From positions 57,679-77,678 of the forward strand of contig KZ538365.1 of the NCBI GenBank assembly GCA_000934665.2: a stretch of DNA of 20,000 nt, given 5' to 3'. Under the pieces are notes generated by a model. That model saw nothing but the letters and a program-made list of their open reading frames with translations, had not been told where the DNA came from and searched no databases. Origin of the DNA: Catajapyx aquilonaris. Its lineage: Eukaryota. Below, piece after piece: positions 11,930 to 20,000 of this stretch (position 1 is its first letter; each line of letters starts with the position of its first letter). Made by a program: the position numbers and the translations under genes.

Positions 11930-12342
11930 GTAAGAAAACTCCTAACCAAGCAGTACAAAATGAAAACCACGGAATATTCTTGATAAACTGTAATAAGCAT
12001 TCATGTAAACAAATTATTGCTTTTAATGCTCGGTGCTCCACTCCTATACTTTTTAAAAAAATCAAAAGACTTGACTGTATGTTCTGTAACATTTCAAGTG
12101 GCTGAGAAAAGGCACTGTGAATAATTGCCAGGTTATTTGCTTAGGTCTTTTTCAAGCATTCACTTCCATTTTGTTGCATACTTCTTTGCCTTCAACTATT
12201 TATATTAACATGTACAAAAAGTAAGGGCCATTTTGGTGCATGTATATCATTATATTTATTATACCCTATGATCAGTGTTGTCTTCCTTACTTTAGCATCT
12301 TTGTAAAACTGCCTTAGTTAATAAATTGATTCTCATTTGTAG

Positions 12343-12996
12343 AAGCACCGCAGTTCTTTACTGGAACTAACAAAAGACCTAGACAATCTGGGTACAACTC
12401 AAGAACAGTTGAAGCAACGACTAAGCCCCTCAGATCTGAAGGTTATCAACCAGCATGTGTGGCTACTATGGCAACAACATGCAGAACTCCAGCATCAGCT
12501 TTGCAGTCACACCTACCAGTTGGAGGAAAGGATGGGCTTGCTCAGGATGTTTGACTCCAGGTGTTCACGATTTATAACCTGGGCTGTAGAGATGGAAGGG
12601 AGGCTTGAGTCTGGTGGACAACGACACGGAGGGATGGAGGAGATGATACGCCAGCTTGACTCAGAACTCAAAGAAGAGATGGAGCTGCGACAAGGAGATG
12701 TCACTTGGCTGATGGAATCTGGGCGAGAGCTGCAGGAGATGGCCTCAGAAGAGGAGATGGTAGAGTCCATTGGGCAGAAGATGAACAAGGTCAAGGAGAA
12801 ATGGGAGGCACTGCAGGCTGTTAGGGGGAGAAGAGTGAGCAGGCTACAAGAAGTACTTCAAGCATTGGCAGAGCTGGAAGCCAGAATGGCTGAGCTCCGG
12901 GCTCTCCTGCTTAGCCTGGAGGCACAACTGAATGTTCCATTACAGTTCCAGGAATGCACGCGGGCTGACATTGATGCAAAGCTTAAGGCACATGAG
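12343..12996 (+). CDS. Msp300: Nesprin/Msp300-like exon F (KHRSSLLEL...KLKAHE)
   Basis: Acceptor catttgtAG ending 12342; donor GAG|GTTAGT at 12997; phase 0/0. Confidence 0.92.
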
Positions 12997-13136
12997 GTTA
13001 GTTATTCCAAAATGAAAGTACAAATAATAATAATGCTTGTCTTGTAATTAGGTTTTCAGCAGTGAAGAATTTTATGCAGAGTTGCTTTAACACTGTATAT
13101 TTGATTTATGGATGGTTCTTTTTTTTTGTACTTCAG

Positions 13137-13282
13137 GACATGCAGAAAATGATTGAGAAGCAGAGCAGTGCAATGGCTGATGTCCTCAACCTTGGAGAAG
13201 TACTTTTGAGTGACTGTGAATCATGCAATGCATCCATTGACACAGAGGCCGTACAGCTTGCAATGGATTTGCTGGAAAAGAG
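13137..13282 (+). CDS. Msp300: Nesprin/Msp300-like exon G (DMQKMIEKQ...LLEK/R)
   Basis: Acceptor tacttcAG ending 13136; phase-2 donor AG|GTCAGT at 13283; VLNLGEVLLSDCESC resembles the conserved nesprin VLNLCEVLLHDCDAC motif. Confidence 0.9.
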
Positions 13283-13348
13283 GTCAGTTGCGTCGCCTAA
13301 ATGTTTTCAATATGCAAAGAACAATTACGGTATTGTTTTTCTTGATAG

Positions 13349-13547
13349 GTGGAAGAACATTTGCACACTGTCAGCTGATCGGAAAAAGTGCATCCTTAGC
13401 ACTTGGAAGAGCTGGAAGAAAATTTTGTCTGAATGTGACAAGTTGGAAGTCTTTCTTGCTGAGCAAGAAAAGGCTGCAGCAGATATCAATACAGATGCCA
13501 GTGTAGTGAAACTAGAGGCATTTGAGGAGCAGGTTGCTGCTGCTAAG
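13349..13547 (+). CDS. Msp300: Nesprin/Msp300-like exon H (R/WKNICTLS...AAAK)
   Basis: Acceptor ttcttgatAG ending 13348 (phase 2); donor AAG|GTCAGT at 13548. Splicing restores LEKRWKNIC, similar to nesprin LDRRWRNIC. Confidence 0.9.
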
Positions 13548-13638
13548 GTCAGTGTGGACAACAATAATAATACATTGTGTTCCATGTACAGCATTTGGAT
13601 CCTTTTAGTGATTGAAACTTTCTCCCAAAGTTGTTATA

Positions 13639-14012
13639 TAGGGTAACAGGAAACTCGCACCCAATCGCCAGGTAGACTGATAGTACTCGCAAAACTAATA
13701 CAGGGATGTGCAATTAGTTTTTGGCTCCGTTGCGTACTTAATGCATATGACACCTTTAAAGTGTAGAGGGCTGGATGGTAGAATATGAGGCAAAAACGAC
13801 GAAGTGCACGGGTGTCGCACCAGGATTCTTCCTCTGATGGGATTTGATCACCTATTGCACATGGACGATGCATTAGGGGACCAAGGTTGGATTATTTGGA
13901 GGCCTCCAGCTGACCTGCTTCTCTGAAGAAGAACTAATTGCACATCCCTATATTAGTTTTACAAGTACTATCAGTCTATCTGGCGATTGTCCCTGAGTTT
14001 CCCTTCACCCTG
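13639..14012. mobile_element. Tc1/mariner-type MITE, about 374 bp, with ~80-bp imperfect TIRs
   Basis: TA|TAGGGT...CAATCGCCAGGTAGACTGATAGTACTCGCAAAACTAATACAGGGATGTGCAATTAGTT (to 13719) is inverted at 13932-14012, ending CACCCTG|TA. Confidence 0.85.
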
Positions 14013-14078
14013 TACGTATTTGTATATTATGTTTTGTCCCCCAATGGAGATGCCCAATTATTCCCAGATGCTAGTATA

Positions 14079-14514
14079 CAGGGTGTATCAAAACTCTACC
14101 ATAAGCCATGTACCAATGGCATAAGGGGCACCAGAGCATCATTGTATGTAGAGGGGTCATCATCTCTAGGCCGCCTCATTACGGAGATAACTGCCTTCAA
14201 ACACGTAGTACAAAGTATCCTGGGAGGTATGGAAACCTTCAGCCCCGACATCGCATCACTCGTGAAAATAGCAGCTTTTCCATTTATCTACTAGCATGTC
14301 GCATGTGTACTGCATGTCGCATGTGATCTGGGACCATTTGTGACAATCTGTGACAATCTGTGACAATCACTCTTAGGCCCAATTGCTAAAATGCAAATGA
14401 TCAATTATCTCAGTAATGAGGCTGCCCAGACAATGACTCCTCTACATTAATTGATCCCCTGGTGCCCATTAAGCCATTGGCATATGGCTTATGGTGGAGT
14501 TTTGATACACCCTG
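14079..14514. mobile_element. Tc1/mariner-type MITE, 436 bp, with ~113-bp imperfect TIRs
   Basis: TA|CAGGGTGTATCAAAACTC... and ...GAGTTTTGATACACCCTG|TA. Internal short repeats: GCATGTCGCATGTG x2 (14294-14325) and TGTGACAATC x3 (14339-14368). Confidence 0.9.
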
Positions 14515-14722
14515 TATAATTGCGCACCTTGTATGGGGCACAAAAAGCTACACAAAAATAGCAACTTCGGGCAAAATTTGCAGTAAGTAAAAGGACCTGA
14601 ATACTTGGAAAATACTGTATAATAACTTCATTTGTACACCTGGAATTTATCAAATCAAGTGCAGTGCACATCTACTGGACCCAGAAGGCCTGTAATTCTG
14701 ACCTATTGGTATCTACTTTCAG

Positions 14723-15043
14723 GAGTGCCTCAACAACCTTCAGTCACACCTTTCCATCCTGGAGGATACAAATCGACTGTACTGCCGGTTGGCCCATGAG
14801 GGTTTGCTGGATTTAGGCCACCATTTGAGCGACCGGGTGCAGGGGATGGACTCCAGGTGGAGGTCTTTGGAAGCCCTTCTGACTGCTCACTTGCAGAGGG
14901 GCCAGCATCAGTTAGACAAACATGGTGCCTTCCAAGCTGCCTGGACAAATCTCCGAGTCTGGCTAACTCAGGTTGACCTGCGTATGACTGAGCTGCAGCA
15001 CCTGGACAAGAGGGAGAGACATGTACAGCTCAAGAGTCTGCAG
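14723..15043 (+). CDS. Msp300: Nesprin/Msp300-like exon I (ECLNNLQSHL...QLKSLQ)
   Basis: Acceptor actttcAG ending 14722; donor CAG|GTATGT at 15044. NRLYCRLAHEGLLD and VWLTQVDLRMT match the nesprin motifs NKQYRRLARENRTD and VWLTEMDLQLT. Confidence 0.93.
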
Positions 15044-15138
15044 GTATGTACCTGGTAACTTGGCACATATGGTGACAATATTGTAAATTATGATTAGCTA
15101 TGATGTAAAACTACCACAGGTTAACATTAGATGAAACA

Positions 15139-15484
15139 CGGGAGGTGTAGATGTCTGAGATGGTAAAGTCTTGGCTTGCTGAGTGAAAGGCCCCAGGTTC
15201 GATCCCGCCTGGGGAGTTCCTTTCACCTGCACCTTAAAGGTGTCTGGCGACCTAACCTCCTGGGGAACGGCACATGACCCCTTTACAGACCTTGCACTTG
15301 CACCCCATGTTCCCTTCTCAAAAATCCCTATCCTTACCCATGTCCCTGTTGCCTTGCACCAGTGAGCAAAGAAAATAGTACACAGTTACTTGAAAACTGA
15401 TAGTGGTGTGCCACCCCCCTAAAAAGGCCCCACCTTATGACGGGGTAACTTTAAAAAAAAACACACGCACGCACGCGCGCACAC
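15139..15484 (+). mobile_element. tRNA-derived SINE with A/CA-rich tail and 15-bp TSD
   Basis: Pol III A-box-like TGTCTGAGATGG (15152-15163); B-box GGTTCGATCCC (15196-15206); tail of A9 plus (CA/CG)n; TSD ACATTAGATGAAACA (15124-15138) / ACATTAGACAAAACA (15485-15499). Confidence 0.85.
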
Positions 15485-15755
15485 ACATTAGACAAAACAG
15501 ATTTTTTTAAATGGAACTAATGCTTTGCTGAGCTTGCCAGGAGAAGAAAATAAGTGCATCCATCTCCATATCCCATCCTGTGTCACTTCTAAATGTCATC
15601 ATTTTAGGGGTGTGTAATGTTTCAAGGTGTGGGGGATTTTCAGGGGAATAATATGAATACTAATAAATTAGTTTATTGGAGGGAGATGGTGAAAGCTGGC
15701 AAAAAAAAGTTATGAGGATAATCAATTGCTTACAACAACAAATAAAATGTTCCAG

Positions 15756-15947
15756 CAAATTCAGAGGGATGTGGTGGATCATGCCCAGGCCCAGAGCGAC
15801 ATGGAGGAGCTTGGTCTGTACCTCATGCAATGCAGTGAGCCAGGAGATGCAACCAAGGTGCAGGAGCAGCTGGACGAGTATCAAGCCCTCTCTCAGGATG
15901 TTGCCCATCGGATGAGTCTTTTAGTTCAAGAGCCTATGGACCAAAGG
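15756..15947 (+). CDS. Msp300: Nesprin/Msp300-like exon J (QIQRDVVDH...PMDQR)
   Basis: Acceptor gttccAG ending 15755; donor AGG|GTAAGC at 15948; LMQCSEPGDATKVQEQLDE resembles nesprin LIEKSEPLDAAIIEEELDE. Confidence 0.9.
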
Positions 15948-16080
15948 GTAAGCATTTAGGAGATTAATTGATTTACATAAAATCTGCAGTATATAGATAA
16001 GGGCAAACTATCTGACTAAAAAGTTTATGTAGACTTGCACTATACTTTAAGAGTAAAAGTGGAACATTTTTCTCCTGCAG

Positions 16081-16526
16081 GAAAAGACAAGTGAATCTCG
16101 AAAGCATTCAGCTGTAGAAGTTGACCAAGGTGTTCAGGTGGAGACCTTGAGGTTTGAACGTGACAGTGAGACACAGGTTGAGACCCTGGGCCACCCACCT
16201 GAATCTGGGGTGTTTAGCCTGACACGTGGCGATATCTATGCCCAAGAGCTTGGAGCAGGTTTACGGGATGCAAGAGAGAAGGCAGATGCCTTAGACTATG
16301 CCTTGGGTTCTGAAGAGGAATCCAGTTCAGGGGCCTCCCTGGTGAAGCAGCTGGGGGAGTGCAAATCAGCCATGGACATGGTGAAGCACTTAAGCCAACT
16401 GCTGCAGGAGGAGTGTGGGGCAAGTGCAGAGGAGGCCAGGGACTCAGAGATTCAGGAGCTGGGAGACCTGCTCAAGGACCTTGAAGCAAGGGTCATTGTC
16501 AAGGGGCAAAGGATTAGGGAAGTTGG
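16081..16526 (+). CDS. Msp300: Nesprin/Msp300-like exon K (disordered linker plus helical segment; EKTSESRK...IREV/G)
   Basis: Acceptor tctcctgcAG ending 16080; phase-2 donor GG|GTAAGC at 16527. Confidence 0.9.
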
Positions 16527-16676
16527 GTAAGCATGGCAATTTTCAGTCAGTCTTAGGTTCTGTTCAGGTGATCTGAAATTTTTGAGCCTCAACACACCTA
16601 ATTTTGAATTTGTCTTAACTGACCTTGTTTGCAAAGGAGATCATCTGAAAAATAACATCTATTGTATCTGGTTCAG

Positions 16677-16812
16677 GTGTAACTGGAGACAGTTTGAAAG
16701 TGATATGTGGCGCCTGGAAAAGTGGCTTGAGTATGCAGAGGGCATCCTGGAAGGCCAGAATGCACTACCAAGCAACATTGAGCGATTGGAGGATATAATT
16801 CAAGACAATAGG
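16677..16812 (+). CDS. Msp300: Exon L, Klarsicht-like spectrin repeat (CNWRQFESDMWRLEKWL...IQDNR)
   Basis: Acceptor ggttcAG ending 16676 (phase 2); donor AGG|GTAATT at 16813. Confidence 0.9.
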
Positions 16813-16927
16813 GTAATTATAGCAACTTGCAGCCTAATTATTTTGCTGGGATGGAAGCAGCCTGTCATCTCATTTCTTTTGTTCTGTATTCTGTAGGGTT
16901 TGTTTCACCTTTCAGGCCATTTAAAAA

Positions 16928-16965
16928 TGAAGCTAAAGTCTCTTTGTGAAGCTAAAGTCTCTTTG
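16928..16965 (+). repeat. Exact 19-bp tandem duplication TGAAGCTAAAGTCTCTTTG x2 in the branch-point region
   Basis: Copies at 16928-16946 and 16947-16965, ending just upstream of the acceptor AG (16980-16981). Confidence 0.95.
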
Positions 16966-16981
16966 TTCTGTATCTTGGCAG

Positions 16982-17317
16982 GAGTTTTCATTGAACCTGG
17001 ACAGCCACAAGAATATCCTAGTGTCACTAAACATAGTGGGCAGCAATCTGGGTGACTTGACACAAGACCCTGATCATGCATCTGAGCTGAGATCTCGCTT
17101 GGAGGAGGCAAATCACAGGTGGGATTCAGTTTGCAGAGATGCTGCCTCCTGGGAGCAGAGGTTGCAGTCTGCTCTGATGGACAACAGGGATTTCCACCTC
17201 ACTATTGAAGAATTGGTTTCCTGGATGGAAAGAACAGAGGACCAGATAAAACAAGCAGAGCCTGTTGACCTTAGGGCTGAAAGAGGAGTCATCGAGGCCA
17301 AATACAACCGATTTGTT
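16982..17317 (+). CDS. Msp300: Exon M, Klarsicht-like spectrin repeats (EFSLNLDSHK...KYNRFV)
   Basis: Acceptor cttggcAG ending 16981; donor GTT|GTGAGT at 17318; LQSALMDNRDFHLTIEELVSWMERTE...AEPVDL motif. Confidence 0.93.
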
Positions 17318-17380
17318 GTGAGTTTTTAGTGCACATGTCCTTTATCCATCAAGTGTGAGATTTATTGCCCTGCTTTATAT

Positions 17381-17979
17381 CCTCCTGAGACCCGAGAAGA
17401 AATGAGTAACACAATGTCAGTTCCTATTGCATTTTCTGAACATTTTCCCAATAAGAAACGAGAAAAAATTATATTTTTCAGCTTTCATCCGTTCTGCTTT
17501 TAAAAGCAGAACGGATGAAATCTGAAAATTTAAATGCCACTTAATGGATCACTAACATAGTGCTCTATCCTCCAAAGAATGTTTTTTAAATTCATTTGTG
17601 GAATTCATGGTAGCAATTCGTCTCATAAGGCAATTAAAGATAAACTGCAATTATTTTTGAATGCCACCACTCCAGGCATGGGGCTTGCTCCTTCCCTTCT
17701 TACCCCCTAGCATGGTATACCTTGCTATTCTAGATTTTAAAATTGAACTGTAGTACCAAGCACACTTCCTTGTGGGTGTTCAGGCATAAGATGAGCGCCT
17801 AGCTTCAGCAGCGGCATCCGCCATTTTCATGAGTGATTTCATTTTCGCGGCCAAAGTCAGATATTTGACACTAGGTGGCTACACCTATTCAGGCCAGATT
17901 GTAATCATGGGATGCCAACAGATTACAGTTCTGTTGGCATCACTAGTTGGCGCCAATTTTTTTTGCTGGTCTCGGGAGG
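17381..17979. mobile_element. Non-autonomous piggyBac-like element with ATAT target-site duplication
   Basis: ATAT|CCTCCTGAGACC ... GGTCTCGGGAGG|ATAT (11/12 TIR match); internal 27-bp-arm palindrome at 17475-17528 and a 12-bp stem at 17911-17941. Confidence 0.7.
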
Positions 17980-18639
17980 ATATAGGCATTATATCAAATA
18001 GTCTGTCAGTCAAGCAAACCCAGATCATTCAAGGAAAACAGTTTTCAATCAGCCTTTTCTCACCAGTTCAAAAGTAGTGGAAGCTGAATTCAGTTTATGA
18101 CGTGGCCTTTCACATTCCTGCTGTTGTAGCATGCTATTTTCTCCCACTCTTGATTGGCTGTATGCTGTAGTGAATGGTTAAAAAAGTTTGTAGTGGGAAT
18201 AAGCTAAAGAGGTGCAGTACATCAAGTTCGGAGAGAGATTGTGGGTTGTCTGAATAACCTGTCATATATGCACTAGACATGAAACTGATATACATATTCA
18301 AGAAAATGTGATTTCAGCTAAGTCAATCTTTCCACCTAAAAAAGATAACATGTTTGCCTAAATAATTAGAAGTACAAGTGTGTAAAGGATATGAAGGACT
18401 TAGCAATGCTGCTTATTACAGTAATGATAACTATTCTGATAGATATTAATAAAACTGTGTTCCAAAGGTAATGATCCTCCTTTTCTCTGCTACTTTTGCC
18501 CATATTGACATTCTGACACTTGCATGCCATCTGCCATGAGCAGGATTCCTGCTTGTAACACACAACTTAATTTTTTATTATATTCAATGTACGAAGCTTT
18601 GCCTAGGTGATCCACAATTATGGTGTGTGTAATTTCCAG

Positions 18640-18915
18640 GAACTCCAGACTGATCTATGCAGGCATGAACCTCGTGTAATGCGCCTGAGAGAGGCTTCAG
18701 ATCAGCTGCTATCCCATGTGGCATCCTCTGAATGCGTGTCATCCAGGAGGAAACTGGCTCGCCTCAGCCAGCAGCTTAAGGCCACCCTAAGGCTGTGCAA
18801 CATTTATATCACACGGCTTGCCCAGGCCATGGGGCGGGACTTTGCACAGCTCAGGGCTGATGGGAGAATCGGGGCTGCTGCTGCGACTCCCACATTACTA
18901 TCTCTCTCACAACAA
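18640..18915 (+). CDS. Msp300: Exon N, last spectrin repeat before the KASH linker (ELQTDLCRHEPRV...SLSQQ)
   Basis: Acceptor atttccAG ending 18639; donor CAA|GTGAGT at 18916; EPRVMRLREASDQLL resembles Klarsicht/nesprin EPRVVSLQDAADQLL. Confidence 0.92.
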
Positions 18916-18986
18916 GTGAGTTGTGTTTGCACAATCTCCAGTTGCTGGACAGTTTATTGATGCACAGTCTCACTGTTGTAGCTTAA

Positions 18987-19132
18987 CGCCCCTTCACACA
19001 CATGCTACACAGGCTGCACTGATGGAACTCAGCATATTTATTGGCTTCATGTCACCATAGAGACAAAGAGAAAGCCAAGTTCCCATCAGTGCAGTGAGCG
19101 TAATGCTGGCGTAATGTATGTGTGGATGGGCC
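18987..19132. mobile_element. Possible decayed PIF/Harbinger-type MITE
   Basis: TAA|CGCCCCTTCACACACAT ... ATGTGTGGATGGGCC|TGA, with an internal inverted CTGCACTGATGG / CCATCAGTGCAG. The TSD is imperfect. Confidence 0.4.
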
Positions 19133-19507
19133 TGAAAAGTTTTAAATTCGGTATTGCTGATACGATCATTACAGGGTCAGCTGGGAACAGGGTACAAAAA
19201 AAATTAAAAGCAACAAGCTGCATTGCATCATATTTGGCCCAAAGCAGTAGTTACGTGCAATTTTTCAAATATTAGAAGATAGAAATTCATTCTGTAGAAA
19301 TAGCTAAAAGTTAAATAGTTAAAATACACAGCATTCTGTGCACTGTATCAATTTGAACCTGTACAGTCAGCAGCAACAATTGCCGGCTTTTTTTTAGGGC
19401 ACAATTTTATTTTGCAGATCACACCATTTCTCCACATACCCACTCCTTGAGTTGAGCTGTAAATATGCTGGCTCACGCTGACATGCTTTTTTTCTCCCCC
19501 TATTTAG

Positions 19508-19581
19508 CTGCTGGACCAGTCATCTAGCTTTGACTTGGCAAGGTCTGACTCTTCTGCAGAAAGAGATCAGCAGCAGGAAAA
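19508..19581 (+). CDS. Msp300: Small exon O missed by the ORF track (LLDQSSSFDLARSDSSAERDQQQE), pre-KASH linker
   Basis: Branch-like GCTGAC, long polypyrimidine tract and tttAG ending 19507; open in phase 0; phase-2 donor AA|GTAAAT at 19582. The join gives SLSQQLLDQ, reminiscent of the Klarsicht pre-KASH linker. Confidence 0.7.
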
Positions 19582-20000
19582 GTAAATACTCCTCTTTTTT
19601 GTTTTTTGCTTTTTGCTAACTGTAAAGAGGCCATTTTGATTTATTTGCCTTGCTTTCGAACATGAGTGCAATATGAGGAATTGGCCACCCCTGTGTAATC
19701 AGGTGTACACTTTGTTGTGTAATTACATATGATAATGAATAGACACCAATGCTTTCTTTATGTAATCATAATCCAATGTGCACCTCAATGTGGCCAACTC
19801 CTTGGTTCAATCAAACTCTCACATTACAGGCCTGAAAAGGTCCATCCTAAAAGGATTACAGTATTGGCAACACATAATTGGAACATGTAAGAGTTTGATG
19901 GTTATATTTATAGCATAATAGTAAGCTATGCGCTATGCCTCAATAGTGTCACATGGCATCCATCATGTTGCACGTTATTGACAAGAAGGAGGACACAAGT

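Noticed and set aside
15139..15215. tRNA gene
   Set aside because: It has A/B boxes but no clean cloverleaf, and it continues into a body, tail and TSD typical of a SINE.
292..17307. Many short minus-strand and off-frame ORFs
   Set aside because: They are shadows of the coding exons or chance intronic ORFs, with no recognisable domains.
19582..20000. KASH/transmembrane exon
   Set aside because: I found no hydrophobic TM segment or PPPX terminus; it is expected downstream of the window.

Overview
Eukaryotic (arthropod-like) genomic DNA containing the 3' part of one large + strand, intron-containing gene for a giant spectrin-repeat nuclear-envelope protein of the nesprin family (Msp300/SYNE1-like, ending in Klarsicht-like repeats). 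I reconstructed 15 exons with GT-AG boundaries and consistent phases, giving about 2,140 codons in the window. The gene starts upstream, and the KASH/TM exon should lie just downstream. The introns carry non-autonomous elements: three TA-flanked Tc1/mariner/pogo-type MITEs (one with nested insertions), a tRNA-derived SINE, an ATAT-flanked piggyBac-like element and a possible Harbinger MITE. The most interesting signals are: (i) an in-frame alternative first or cassette exon at 7143/7164-7235 in the CpG-rich intron 2; (ii) an abrupt switch from CpG-rich to CpG-depleted DNA at about 8.7 kb, which with (i) suggests an internal promoter for a short, gene-body-methylated nesprin isoform; (iii) tandem LC8/DYNLL-like QVET motifs where vertebrate nesprins have the kinesin-binding LEWD adaptive domain; (iv) Msp300-type and Klarsicht-type sequence joined in one reading frame. 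I see no prokaryotic system, CRISPR array or true RNA gene. Family assignments come from recalled motifs, not database searches.
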